A DNA stretch of 64,000 nucleotides from Alloprevotella sp. (GTDB lineage Bacteria; Bacteroidota; Bacteroidia; Bacteroidales; Bacteroidaceae): positions 4,365 through 68,364 of the forward strand of contig JAZRYH010000081.1 of assembly GCA_045600685.1 (NCBI GenBank), written 5' to 3'. The position numbers and the translations under genes are program-made. This document shows positions 1-10,037 of the stretch, in pieces; the stretch's first letter is position 1, and each line of letters begins with the position of its first letter. The notes below the pieces were generated by a model. That model was given only the letters and a program-made list of their open reading frames with translations, was not told the origin of the DNA and did not search any database.

Positions 1-121
1 GGAATAGGCTTACCTCATGCCTTGATTTGTAAATAGTCGCAAGATATCTAACTCTTTTATACACATAAACTATGAGATTTGCCCCCCCCCCCCCCCCTGT
101 ATTAAAGGCTATGTCCTAACT

Positions 122-3100
122 ATGAACAAGTTACTTACAATTCTCCTCGGCCTCTTACTGAGCCTGCCTATGATGGCGCAGCTCACGGCCGAACAACGCG
201 TCGCCGGCGAGAAGGCTGCCACCGACATCATCAACCGCTTCACCGGCGGCAAGGTGGATGTCGTCGTGGAACTGTCGCTCACGCCCACCACGAAGGGCTG
301 CGACAAGTATGAATACAGTGCCTCAGGCAACACCGTGACGGTGAAGGCTTCCAGTGCCGTGGCTGCCTGCCGAGGCTTCTATGACTGGACGAAGAGCAAG
401 AATGCCGGCATGATGACATGGAGCGGTAAGCGCTTTGAGAAGCCCGCCGACCTCACCACTGCCACCAAGTCGCTCACCTCGCAGTACCGCGACCACCAGT
501 ACTTCAACGTCGTGACCTACGGCTATACCATGCCCTACTGGGATGAAGACCGCTGGGACAAGGAACTGGACTGGATGGCCCTGCACGGCGTGGATATGCC
601 GTTGTTCCTCATAGCCCAGGAAGCCATCTACCGTCGCGTGTTCCTCAGCATGGGACTCACGGCGAAAGACATTGACGCCTGGGAGGTAGGCCCCGCCCAT
701 CTGCCTTGGTTCCGCATGGGTAACCTCAGTTGCAACACCTTCGACGGCCCGCTGGGCGACGAATGGAACACCCGCCAGTTGGAAATCGCCCACCATGTGC
801 TCAACCGCATGGATTCGCTCGGCATGAAACCCATCTGTCCCGCTTTCGGCGGCTTCGTGCCCGGCAACTTCGCCACCCGCGTGAAGGGTACCGCCACCGA
901 GAAGGTGGGATGGGGATGGTGCATTGACGGCACACACCAGAACTACCGTCTCAACCCCACCAGCGAGGCCTTTGCTGAGGTGGGCTCGAAGTTCATCCAG
1001 GAATGGGAGAAGGAATTCGGTGTGCGCAAATACTACCTCTCCGACTCCTTCAACGAGATGAAGATACCCTCTGCCAGCGAACTCCCCGCCTACGGTCAGA
1101 ACATCTGGAAAAGCATCAAGGAAGGCTCAGCCAATCCCGATGTGGTGTGGGTTACGCAGGGCTGGACCTTCAACTATCAGCAGGGTGACTGGGGACTGAA
1201 CAAGTTCCAGGCACTCACCAGCAGCGTACCCGACAATCAGTTTATGGTGCTCTATATGAGTCCTGAGTACAGCTACGGCAACAAGAGCTGGGAAAACTAC
1301 AATTCCTTCGACGGCAAGGATTGGGTTTATACCCTCCTGCCCAACATGGGCGGCAAGAATGCCTTGTGCGGCAAAATCAGCGACTATGCTCAGGGCTTCC
1401 TCAATACCCTCAACAACTCCACGAAACGCAGTTCTCTCACTGGCTACGGCATGACGCCTGAAGGCGTGGAGAACAACGAACTGGTGTACGAACTCATCAC
1501 CGACGGCGGATGGGTGGCTTCAAAGAAGACCATCAACCTCGACACCTGGATGAAGCAGTATGCCAACTCACGTTACGGAGGCTACACCGCAGAGCAGCAA
1601 GCTTTCCACACCGCCCTGCGCAACTCCGTATATAATTACTTCACCGATCATCCGCGCTTCGGCTGGCAGTACGACGGCGGTCTGGGCACCGGCTCCGCCA
1701 GTCAGAACGACAACTTCTACAAAGGCGTAGAGACGCTCCTTTCCAACATTGAAGACATCCGCGCACTCAACAGTCCGCTGGCCCAGAACGACATGGTGGA
1801 AGCCGTAGCCATGTACTGTGGCGGTAAGGTGGAGAAACTCAACAGCCGCATCAGCAACTATGTCGCCACGGGCAACACTGTGATGGCAGACTCCCTTATC
1901 GGCGTGCTCGATCACCTGATGCTCAGCATGGACCGCGTGCTCACCTGCCACCCCATCTACAACCTCAAACGCTGGGAAGACTTTGCACAGAAGGGCTACA
2001 CCGGCAGTGCCCAGCGCAACGCCCGCAATGCCCGACGCATCGTCACCGTGTGGTTCGGAAAAGACCACAGCAAGGCCGAGCCCGTGCAGGACTATGCCGC
2101 CCGCGTATGGGCCGGACTCGTGCGCGACTACTACCGTCCCCGCATCCTCCACAAATGGAACGCCGCCCTCGGCCGCAAGGCATGGGACGGCAAAGCCAAC
2201 CAGTACAAGTGGGAAGAAGCCTGGGTGGAAACCGCTCCGTATCTCTCAGACTATGAGCCCGTGCCTGCCGACACACTCGCCTTCCTCGCCGAAGTTATGG
2301 CAGAAGCCAAGGCTGCGTGTGAAATCAACTTTGAGACGCTCGACTCCTACAAGGTCAGCACCGACCGCGACAACCACTGGTACGCCTTCCGCTGTGCCTA
2401 CGACGACAACATCGGACGCGTGCTCACCGCAGCCGGCGACAACGCCCGCCTCGACGCTCAGATTGACACCAAGACCGAGGCGCAGATATGGCGCATCCTC
2501 CAGAATGCCGACGGCACCCTCGTGCTCGAAAGCCGCAACGGCGACTATGTGGCCGTAGATGGCAGCACGCCATACTCCTTCCGCGCCCCCGTGAACGCAG
2601 ACATAAACATAGAATGGGCCCACAACGACGGCAACTGGCTGGCCCTCCTGCCCACGGCTGCCCCCTCCGGCTCGCCGGCCCTCCACTTCAACAAGCCCGC
2701 CGACCTCGTGAAGCTCTACGGCTACAAAAGCGCCACGGAATACTATGCTGGCAGCCACTGGACCATAGAGAACGTATCGCCCGCTATGGTGCTTGAAGCA
2801 CGCAACACTGACTACGCCCGATACATCAAACGCCTCTCCGGCTACACGCAAGAAAAACTATTCGGACAGCCCGGTTATCCCGTCAGCAAGCAGGCCCTGA
2901 ACGAAGCCATCGCACAGCTTGAGCAGGAAGCCCAGAACATCGACCACAAGTCATTTGACACCTTCCTCGCACAGTGGGCCGACCTCTGGGACGCTCTCAT
3001 CGTGAAGGGTTCCAACGCCGATGCCAACCGCCTCATCGACCTCGTGGCCTATGCCCACGGCGCCCTCAACGGCGATGCCGATGACACGCAGGTGGGTTAC

Positions 3101-3862
3101 TTCAACCCCGAAGCCACCGCCACCCTCCAGAAAGCCATCGCCGCTGCCGAGCAGACGGCCGCCACCGATCCCGTAGCCACGGCTGCCAAGCAGGCCTACA
3201 ACACGCTGAGCGCTGCTCTCGTCACTTACTTCCGCGCCTCCACCGGCACCATACACGGCCCGAAGAGCAGCACGGCCGACGTGAAGTACGGATACCGTTT
3301 CTACACACCCAACCGCGAGACCCGCTACGCCTATTCCCAAGGCAAGGCCAAAGGCATCATCGGCGTGCAGAACCCCAAGGACGACAAGAGCATCTGGTAC
3401 TTCTTCCAGCGCACTGACGGCTCCTACGACATCCAGAACAAGGCCGACGGCTCCTACATCGCTCCCACCGCCAGCAACGATACGCAGCTCAAGACCGTAG
3501 CCACCAAGCCCTCCGCCGGATGGAAACTCAAGGGCAGCGACGCCGAAGGTTGCTTCCGCATCTACAGCGGCAGCAACCAGATGATAAACCAGACGGGCTT
3601 CGACGACGGTATCGGTAAGAAACTCTATAACTGGGGCGCCGCCGTCAGCGACGCCACCAGCAGTGCCGACGCCGGTTGCCAGTACACCTTTGAGTTCGTG
3701 GGTGCCGAAGGCCTTCCCGACGCCATCACCACCGCAACGGTAGGCAAGGGCTCAACAGGAAAGGAGACCCAAGCCATCCCTTTCGCCATCAGCGGACGTC
3801 GCGCCGCTGACAACATGAAGCACGACATCATCATAGAGAGAAGAAGGAAGGTGATGAAGTAA
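122..3862 (+). CDS. GH89 alpha-N-acetylglucosaminidase with long C-terminal accessory region
   Basis: Signal peptide; GH89 motifs YFNVVTYGYT, ELDWMALHG, YLSDSFNE, GMTPEG; about 500-aa C-terminal extension. Confidence 0.9.
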   Translation: MNKLLTILLGLLLSLPMMAQLTAEQRVAGEKAATDIINRFTGGKVDVVVELSLTPTTKGCDKYEYSASGNTVTVKASSAVAACRGFYDWTKSKNAGMMTWSGKRFEKPADLTTATKSLTSQYRDHQYFNVVTYGYTMPYWDEDRWDKELDWMALHGVDMPLFLIAQEAIYRRVFLSMGLTAKDIDAWEVGPAHLPWFRMGNLSCNTFDGPLGDEWNTRQLEIAHHVLNRMDSLGMKPICPAFGGFVPGNFATRVKGTATEKVGWGWCIDGTHQNYRLNPTSEAFAEVGSKFIQEWEKEFGVRKYYLSDSFNEMKIPSASELPAYGQNIWKSIKEGSANPDVVWVTQGWTFNYQQGDWGLNKFQALTSSVPDNQFMVLYMSPEYSYGNKSWENYNSFDGKDWVYTLLPNMGGKNALCGKISDYAQGFLNTLNNSTKRSSLTGYGMTPEGVENNELVYELITDGGWVASKKTINLDTWMKQYANSRYGGYTAEQQAFHTALRNSVYNYFTDHPRFGWQYDGGLGTGSASQNDNFYKGVETLLSNIEDIRALNSPLAQNDMVEAVAMYCGGKVEKLNSRISNYVATGNTVMADSLIGVLDHLMLSMDRVLTCHPIYNLKRWEDFAQKGYTGSAQRNARNARRIVTVWFGKDHSKAEPVQDYAARVWAGLVRDYYRPRILHKWNAALGRKAWDGKANQYKWEEAWVETAPYLSDYEPVPADTLAFLAEVMAEAKAACEINFETLDSYKVSTDRDNHWYAFRCAYDDNIGRVLTAAGDNARLDAQIDTKTEAQIWRILQNADGTLVLESRNGDYVAVDGSTPYSFRAPVNADINIEWAHNDGNWLALLPTAAPSGSPALHFNKPADLVKLYGYKSATEYYAGSHWTIENVSPAMVLEARNTDYARYIKRLSGYTQEKLFGQPGYPVSKQALNEAIAQLEQEAQNIDHKSFDTFLAQWADLWDALIVKGSNADANRLIDLVAYAHGALNGDADDTQVGYFNPEATATLQKAIAAAEQTAATDPVATAAKQAYNTLSAALVTYFRASTGTIHGPKSSTADVKYGYRFYTPNRETRYAYSQGKAKGIIGVQNPKDDKSIWYFFQRTDGSYDIQNKADGSYIAPTASNDTQLKTVATKPSAGWKLKGSDAEGCFRIYSGSNQMINQTGFDDGIGKKLYNWGAAVSDATSSADAGCQYTFEFVGAEGLPDAITTATVGKGSTGKETQAIPFAISGRRAADNMKHDIIIERRRKVMK

Positions 3863-3863
3863 A

Positions 3864-4086
3864 AGCCTCTCCCCGTCGGAGCCACCTGCGGTGCTCCGCC
3901 ACCCCTCCCCTGTTAGGGATGGGAAGATACCCCTAAAGGTCCTAAACTTCAAAGTCCTATAATCTCACAGTCTCATAACCATACAACCTCAGAACCTCAA
4001 AGCCTTTCAACCTTTAGAGGTATCTCCCCCTCCCTACAGGGGGAGGGGTGGCGCGGTGCCGAAGGCAGCCGCGACGGGGTGAGGCT
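3864..4086. repeat. Inverted pair of ~77-bp GC-rich repeat arms with an 8-mer-rich spacer
   Basis: 3864-3940 and 4010-4086 are diverged reverse complements (AGCCTCxCCCCGTC...CCACCCCTCCCC...GAAGATACCxCTAAAGGT). Confidence 0.85.
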
Positions 4087-4786
4087 GTTGATAGACTCTA
4101 CCATAGGCCAGCTCCGCGGTCCCCGCCTGCAAGAAGCGCTCGCCGCGCTTCCCGAATGGCGCAGGGCCGAGGCGCTGGCCTATAAGTTTGAGAGTGGGCA
4201 GGCACAGTGTGCCGCCGCCTACATCTTGCTCTGCCGTCTTCTGCGCGAGCACTATGGCATCACCGAACAACCCCATTTCATTATCGGAGAACACGGCAAA
4301 CCCGAATTAGACCTAACAAGCCCCCTCCCCGCTTCGGCAGGCCCCCTCCCCGCTCCCCCTTTGGGGGAGTGCCCAAAGAGCGAAGAACACGCGCTGCAGC
4401 TCTCCCCCAAAGGGGGAGCGGGGAGGGGGCCTGCCGAAGCGGGGAGGGGCCTTTTCTTCAACCTCTCCCATTGCACCGAAGCCGTAGCGGCCGTCGTGGC
4501 GGAGCAGCCCGTGGGCATCGACATAGAGATGCGCGGCCGCTACACCCCTTCACTTGCCGAGTACGTCTGTTCGCCCGCAGAACTGCAGGCTTTGGAGGCA
4601 GTCCCCGAGGAGCGCGACCTCCGCTTCACCACCCTCTGGACAAAAAAAGAGGCGGCCCTGAAGCTCCTCGGCACAGGCCTCACCGACGGCGAGGAACTCA
4701 AACGGATCCTCGCCACCGACCGTTTCCTTTTTGAAACGCAGGTATTCCCCCATTATGTCTGCACCGTAGCCACGCTCAAAGTGTAA
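4079..4786 (+). CDS. Sfp-type 4'-phosphopantetheinyl transferase with in-frame palindromic insert
   Basis: HGKP, FNLSH, VGIDIE and WTKKEAALK motifs; GTG start lies in a repeat and is uncertain. Confidence 0.88.
   Translation: MRLLIDSTIGQLRGPRLQEALAALPEWRRAEALAYKFESGQAQCAAAYILLCRLLREHYGITEQPHFIIGEHGKPELDLTSPLPASAGPLPAPPLGECPKSEEHALQLSPKGGAGRGPAEAGRGLFFNLSHCTEAVAAVVAEQPVGIDIEMRGRYTPSLAEYVCSPAELQALEAVPEERDLRFTTLWTKKEAALKLLGTGLTDGEELKRILATDRFLFETQVFPHYVCTVATLKV
4322..4449. repeat. Perfect 48-bp inverted repeat within the PPTase CDS
   Basis: 4322-4369 is the exact reverse complement of 4402-4449; 32-nt spacer. Confidence 0.95.
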
Positions 4787-4872
4787 TTTCGTGCTATATT
4801 TGCTACATTGCTACATCGTTTGTCATTGGTACTCTTCGCAAACGTCCTTCCCCAATTATGCAGATTGGTTTC

Positions 4873-5326
4873 CCTGCCAGTCCTCGCCTATAAGGACTGG
4901 AGCATTGGGCTGAAGGCCCGTAATTGTTTAGCCTAGGGCAGAGTGACCGAAGGGAACGCCGTCCTAGGTTTATAAAGCAAACGCTGGGTAAGTGTTCCTC
5001 CCCCCCGCGGGGGAGGTGGCGCGAAGCGCCGGAGGGGGGCTTTATCCTACAGGCCAGTGAATTGGGGCGCTGCCCCGAAACAATTATGCCGCGTTGCGGC
5101 GCCGCAAGTGCGGCAACCATGTACCCTAGGGCGGCGTTCCCTTCGGTCACTCTGCCCTAGGCTGGACACTTCTGGACTTTCAGCCCGTGTCATCTAGGGT
5201 AAGCCTCAAAAGAACGTAACATTCCTGCCAGTCCTCGCCTTTAGGACTACAGTCCTCCCCCTTAGGACTGGAGTCCTCCCCCTTAGGATTGCAGTCCTCG
5301 CCCTTAGGATTGGAGTCCTAAGGGGG
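4873..5326. repeat. Composite intergenic repeat cluster (REP-like inverted pair plus 21-bp tandem palindromes)
   Basis: 39-bp IR 4930-4968/5125-5163 with 1 mismatch; AGTCCT recurs every 21 bp at 5230-5314; one more unit at 4873-4902. Confidence 0.85.
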
Positions 5327-5402
5327 AAAACTCAAATTAAGAGCGAGGAAAAACGGTTGCAAGGCCGATATGGGCCGGGCAAAGCCGAAGACAGAAAAGA
5401 CA

Positions 5403-5430
5403 GAGGGCACTCCTGATTGGGAGTGCCCTC
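5403..5430 (-). terminator. Probable intrinsic terminator after the GH5 gene
   Basis: GAGGGCACTCC/GGAGTGCCCTC stem followed by T-rich sequence on the minus strand. Confidence 0.65.
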
Positions 5431-5450
5431 TATTGTATTCGGAGGAGGGA

Positions 5451-6818
5451 TTACTTTTTGCCTTTGGCGCGGCGCAGGGCCTTGGCAGCCGTTTTGACGG
5501 CGCGGAGGGTGCCTTTGTCGGAGGAGAAGACGGAGTAGAGGCCTTGCTCCTCGTGGTTGGGGTCGCAGGTGTAGGGGTCGCCGGGCTGCCAGGTGTCGTG
5601 GGGTGGACAGGCGAGGCCGCCCCAGCCCCAGAAGTTGCAGCCGACGATTTGCGGATGGGACTGCATCTGGCGGAAGATGAAGGCGTAGTAGGCATCGCGC
5701 CACGTGGTGGACGACTCGCGGGTGATGGCGTAGCCATCGCGGGGGTAGCCGAACTCCTCGATTACTATGGGACGGCCGCTTCCCTCGAGGGCTTTGCAGG
5801 CCCCGTCGATATAGCGGAGACTCTCGTCGCAGGCGCTCTGAAAACCTTTCTCGGTGCCGTCGATGCCGTTGGCACGGCGCGCCTCGGCGGTGGGGGACTT
5901 GAAGAATCCCATCCATCCCCACGTGTGGGGCCAGATATGGATGCAGGCGTAGTCTATCTCGGGCAGCGTGTGGAGGCGGCGGAAGAGGTCCATATCCACT
6001 TCGCACCCGTAGAGGCCTTCGCTGCCGGTGGTGACGAGGTGGTTGGGGTCGAGGCTCTTGATGAGGGCGGAGAAGTTCCGGGCCCAGTCGAGGAAGGCCT
6101 CCTTCACGGCGGGCTGGCGGCTGAAGGCGCGGGGCTCGTTGGCGAGTTCCCAGGCCATGATGGCGGGGCTCTCGGCATAGGGACGGCCTGTGACGGTGTT
6201 GGTGCGGGAGACAATGCGGCGGACGTGGTTGGCCACGAGGGCCTTGGCGCGGGCATTCTGCACGAAATGGGAGTGGAAATCCACGAAGCCCTGCCAGTCG
6301 GAGGGCTCGGGGGCCTGTCCTTCGCCGGCCCATTCCAGATAAGCGCCGTAGCCGCCGCTCCACTCCCACGAATTGGTGAGGTAGAGCACAGCCGTCATTT
6401 GGCGGCGCTCCAGTTCGGCGAGGAAATAGTCGAGGCCGCGCAGGAGGGTGTCGTTGTACACGCCGGGCTCGGGCTGGAGGATGGGGCGTATGTGGGTGAG
6501 GCGTTCGGTGCTGCCCTCGGCACCGACGAGGACGCGGAGGTTGCGGATGCCCACCTTCTGCATGGCGTCCAGTTCGCGGGAGAGGCGCTGGCGGTCGCCG
6601 CCCTGTCCCTCGGAAGCCAGGATGGGGCCGTACCAGAAGTTGGTGCCTACGTAGGTGTAGGGCTTATCATCCAAAAGGAATTGGCCGTTGCGGACAGTGA
6701 TGAAAGGACCAACAGACCCTCCCTCACCCATAGAGGGAAGGGGGTAAGCGCCCTTTGCGGGTACAAAAGAGAAAAGGGCGCAAAAGGCCCCTATTATATA
6801 TATAATAATGTGTCGCAT
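5451..6818 (-). CDS. GH5 endo-beta-1,4-mannanase
   Basis: Signal peptide; GTNFWYG, WELANEPR (acid/base) and IEEFG (nucleophile). Confidence 0.88.
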   Translation of the reverse strand: MRHIIIYIIGAFCALFSFVPAKGAYPLPSMGEGGSVGPFITVRNGQFLLDDKPYTYVGTNFWYGPILASEGQGGDRQRLSRELDAMQKVGIRNLRVLVGAEGSTERLTHIRPILQPEPGVYNDTLLRGLDYFLAELERRQMTAVLYLTNSWEWSGGYGAYLEWAGEGQAPEPSDWQGFVDFHSHFVQNARAKALVANHVRRIVSRTNTVTGRPYAESPAIMAWELANEPRAFSRQPAVKEAFLDWARNFSALIKSLDPNHLVTTGSEGLYGCEVDMDLFRRLHTLPEIDYACIHIWPHTWGWMGFFKSPTAEARRANGIDGTEKGFQSACDESLRYIDGACKALEGSGRPIVIEEFGYPRDGYAITRESSTTWRDAYYAFIFRQMQSHPQIVGCNFWGWGGLACPPHDTWQPGDPYTCDPNHEEQGLYSVFSSDKGTLRAVKTAAKALRRAKGKK

Positions 6819-6847
6819 AACCAGCAGAAGATTTTACTCCCCTCCCT

Positions 6848-7165
6848 TTATGGGAGGGGTTGGGGGTGGGTCTGTAGGGTCTTCTCCCACTCCAAATACG
6901 CCAGAATGAGGTTCTGCAGACCAAAGCCCTTCATTTTGGCGTGGTAGATGACCTCGTAGCAGAGGTCAATGAGAGGCTTGGGGTTGTCGGCCGTAGCAAT
7001 GAGGGCGCGAATGTTGCACTTCAGTTTGTCGAGCGTCTGCTCGGTGACGTAGCCCGTGCTGTCCACAAGGTCGCGGAACAGGGCGTAGTCCTGAAGAGTC
7101 TGGAAATGGCGCTCGTCCACCTCAAGGTGATGAGTGCCCGATGCGTTGAGTTGGATGGTAAACAT
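6848..7165 (-). CDS. Hypothetical protein (105 aa)
   Basis: Start placed at MFTIQLNASG; the longer ORF start runs through a repeat. Confidence 0.7.
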   Translation of the reverse strand: MFTIQLNASGTHHLEVDERHFQTLQDYALFRDLVDSTGYVTEQTLDKLKCNIRALIATADNPKPLIDLCYEVIYHAKMKGFGLQNLILAYLEWEKTLQTHPQPLP

Positions 7166-7171
7166 AATTGA

Positions 7172-7247
7172 AGCCCCACCCCGTCTAAGCTGCCTTCGGC
7201 ACTTTTCCACCCCTCCCCGACAGGGAGGGGAAGATACCTCTAAAGGT
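7172..7247. repeat. Copy of the ~77-bp GC-rich arm
   Basis: Matches 3864-3940 and 10038-10195. Confidence 0.85.
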
Positions 7248-7318
7248 TGTATCTTGGGGTTTGGGGGTATTAGGTTGTGAGAATATTGGGCAACAAACTT
7301 TAGGCATTATTCCTTCCC

Positions 7319-8110
7319 CTATAGGGGGGAGGTGTCAGCGGCGGGTGCCGCTGACGAAGAGGGGCTGTTCTTTATCTTCTTAAAGAGATCGGAAGCGAAG
7401 ATGAAGGAGTTGAGACGCTCGTTGTCGGAGTTCATCACCTCGTCCTTGGAACCTTCCCAGGCAGCTTCGCCCTTGTGGATGTAGATGATGTGCTCGCCGA
7501 TGCCCATCACGGAGTTCATGTCGTGGGTGTTCATCACCGTGGTGGTGCCGAACTCCTGCGTGATGCCGTGGATGAGTTCGTCGATGACGAGGGAGGTCTT
7601 GGGGACAAGGCCGGAGTTGGGCTCGTCGCAGAAGAGGTAGGTGGGATTGAGGGCAATGGCGCGGGCAATGGCGGCGCGTTTCTGCATGCCGCCGCTTATC
7701 TCGCCGGGGTACTTATAGGCAGCGTCTTTGAGGTTGACGCGCTCCAGACAATAGAGGGCGCGGCGGGTGCGTTCCTTGTAACTGTCGGACGAGAACATAT
7801 CAAGCGGGAACATCACGTTCTCCAGCACGGAGAGGGAGTCGAAGAGGGCGGCGCTCTGGAAAATCATACCCATCTCGCGGCGCAGGAGGGCCTTCTCGCG
7901 CTTCGTCATCTTTACAAAGTCGCGGCCGTCGTAGAGTATCTCACCGCTGGTGGGCGTGAAGAGACCCACGATATTCTTCATGAGCACCGTCTTGCCGGAG
8001 CCGGACTGGCCGATGATGAGGTTGCACTTGCCGGGCTCAAAGGTGGTGGAGATATCCTTGAGCACCTCTTTGTCCTCGAAGGCCTTGTATAGGTGGCGTA
8101 TTTCTATCAT
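7319..8110 (-). CDS. mlaF: MlaF-like ABC transporter ATPase
   Basis: Walker A GQSGSGKT, ISGGMQKR, LFCDEP; adjacent to an MlaE permease. Confidence 0.85.
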   Translation of the reverse strand: MIEIRHLYKAFEDKEVLKDISTTFEPGKCNLIIGQSGSGKTVLMKNIVGLFTPTSGEILYDGRDFVKMTKREKALLRREMGMIFQSAALFDSLSVLENVMFPLDMFSSDSYKERTRRALYCLERVNLKDAAYKYPGEISGGMQKRAAIARAIALNPTYLFCDEPNSGLVPKTSLVIDELIHGITQEFGTTTVMNTHDMNSVMGIGEHIIYIHKGEAAWEGSKDEVMNSDNERLNSFIFASDLFKKIKNSPSSSAAPAADTSPL

Positions 8111-8122
8111 GAGGAAAAGCGT

Positions 8123-8869
8123 TTACGACAGTATGGACGTCAGGAAGACGTCGCTGAAAAGGATAAGCATGGAGCAAGCCACCACGGCGTTGGTGGAAGC
8201 TTTGCCCACTTCCTGGGAACCGCCTTCTACGCGGTAGCCGTAGTAGGAACTGACGCTGGCGATGATGAAGGCGAAGAAGAGACTTTTGACGACGCCCATC
8301 CAGAAGAACCACTGGTGGAAGTCGTGCTGCAGGCCTTCGGTGAGGTCGGCGGGTGTGATGATGCCCATAACGTATGCCGTGGCGTAGGCACCGCCGATGC
8401 CGCTGGCCGTGGCGAAGATGACGAGGAAAGGCATCATCGTGATGAGGCCGCACACCTTCGGTAGGATGATGTAGGCGGCGGGATTGACGCCCATAATCTC
8501 AAGGGCATCAAGTTGCTGCGTCACGCGCATCGTGCCGATTTCGGAGGCGATGTTGGAACCCACCTTGCCCGACAGGATAAGACACATGATACTGGAGGAA
8601 AACTCCAGCAACATTATCTCACGGGTGACGTAGCCGCTCACCCAGTGGGGCATCCACGAGGATTGGATGTTCAGCTTTATCTGGATACAGATTACGGCGC
8701 CGATGAAGAAACTGATGAGCAGCACGATGGGAATACTGTCGGTGCCGAGTTTCTGCATTTCCTGCACATACTGCTTGGCATACATGCGCAAGCGTTCAGG
8801 CCGTGAGAAGGTGCGGCCCATCAGTTGCAGGTACTGACCGAGGGATTGGAGATAATTGAAGGGAAACAT
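8123..8869 (-). CDS. mlaE: MlaE-family ABC permease
   Basis: GKVGSNIASEIGTMRVTQQLDALEIMGVNP motif; several TM segments. Confidence 0.88.
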   Translation of the reverse strand: MFPFNYLQSLGQYLQLMGRTFSRPERLRMYAKQYVQEMQKLGTDSIPIVLLISFFIGAVICIQIKLNIQSSWMPHWVSGYVTREIMLLEFSSSIMCLILSGKVGSNIASEIGTMRVTQQLDALEIMGVNPAAYIILPKVCGLITMMPFLVIFATASGIGGAYATAYVMGIITPADLTEGLQHDFHQWFFWMGVVKSLFFAFIIASVSSYYGYRVEGGSQEVGKASTNAVVACSMLILFSDVFLTSILS

Positions 8870-8873
8870 ACTA

Positions 8874-9395
8874 TCAATCTTCTACTTCTGCGGGGATTTC
8901 TATCGTAGGAGCGGCAGGCTCTTCAACGGCAGGGGCAGGCTCCTCTGCCGCGGGGGCAGCGGGTTCCTCTGCGGGAGCTGCAGGGGCTTCTGCCGGCAGT
9001 GTTTCCTCTACAGCCACGGCCTTCTTAGGTTCTCGCAGCGGATAGGCGATGATGGAGAGAAGGAGGACGATGAGGAAGATATAGAGTTCGGTGTCGGCAT
9101 CGGGGCGCATCATAAAGAAGAGCGCCTCCGTGCAGAGTATGGCGACATTGACCACGACGAGGCGCAGCACGCGGTGGCGGCGCTGTGCCAGAACGCAGTA
9201 GCCGGCAGCGAGGAGCAGCACCACGCTTATCATGTGGAAGATGTAGGTGGCTATGTCGGGCACATCGTTAAGTTGATGTTCCCAATCGGTAAACACAGGA
9301 ATTACTACGGCCAAGATGATGGCTATTGCCCAAAGGACGAGCTGGGCATACTGGAGGAACTTTGTCGTTTTAGACACAGGTTGTGACGTTGCCAT
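8874..9395 (-). CDS. Membrane protein with Ala/Pro/Glu-rich tail
   Basis: Four hydrophobic segments followed by EEPAAP repeats. Confidence 0.7.
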   Translation of the reverse strand: MATSQPVSKTTKFLQYAQLVLWAIAIILAVVIPVFTDWEHQLNDVPDIATYIFHMISVVLLLAAGYCVLAQRRHRVLRLVVVNVAILCTEALFFMMRPDADTELYIFLIVLLLSIIAYPLREPKKAVAVEETLPAEAPAAPAEEPAAPAAEEPAPAVEEPAAPTIEIPAEVED

Positions 9396-9421
9396 ATTGA
9401 TTTGTGTTTAATATTATACGT

Positions 9422-10027
9422 TTATAGCGGCACGCGGTTGATTATAGAGCGGCCGAGGGTTATTTCGTCGGTATATTCCAGGTCGTCGCCCACGGAGACG
9501 CCGCGGGCCAGAGTGGAGAGTTTCACGCCGTAGTCGCGGAGGCGGCGGGAGATGTAGAAGTTGGTGGTGTCGCCCTCCATCGTGGGGTTGAGGGCGAAGA
9601 TTACTTCCGCCACACCGCCCTCTGCCACGCGCTGCACGAGTCTCTCTATTTCCAGGTCGCTGGGGCCGATGCCGTCCATCGGCGAGATGACGCCGCCCAG
9701 CACATGGTAGAGCCCTTGATACTGGCCCGTAGCCTCCACGGCCATCACGTTCTGCACGTTTTCCACCACGCAGATGAGGGAGTGGTCCCTACGCGGCGAG
9801 GCACATATCTCACAGAGGTCGGTGTCGCTGATATTGTGGCAACACTGGCAGTAGTGCACCTCCTGTCGCAGCGTGGCGAGGGCGTCGGTGAGGGCCAGCA
9901 CGTCAGACGTCTCCTTGCGCAGCAGATGCAGCACGAGGCGCAAGGCGGTCTTGCGTCCCACGCCGGGCAGTTTGGCCATCTCGCCTACTGCGCGTTCAAG
10001 GAGTTTTGAAGGGTATTGGTCTATCAT
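9422..10027 (-). CDS. recR: Recombination protein RecR
   Basis: LPGVGRKTA HhH, C4 zinc finger, TOPRIM; start placed at MIDQYPS. Confidence 0.95.
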   Translation of the reverse strand: MIDQYPSKLLERAVGEMAKLPGVGRKTALRLVLHLLRKETSDVLALTDALATLRQEVHYCQCCHNISDTDLCEICASPRRDHSLICVVENVQNVMAVEATGQYQGLYHVLGGVISPMDGIGPSDLEIERLVQRVAEGGVAEVIFALNPTMEGDTTNFYISRRLRDYGVKLSTLARGVSVGDDLEYTDEITLGRSIINRVPL

Positions 10028-10037
10028 AGAATTAACC

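Noticed and set aside
4803-5160. Small ORFs in the repeat cluster
   Set aside because: Made of palindromic repeat sequence with no protein motif
5224-5326. CRISPR array
   Set aside because: Contiguous 21-bp units without unique spacers; no cas genes
5370-6947. Long antisense ORFs (also 23164-24627, 40873-42252, 44266-45801)
   Set aside because: Shadows of GC-rich codon usage in recognisable genes on the opposite strand
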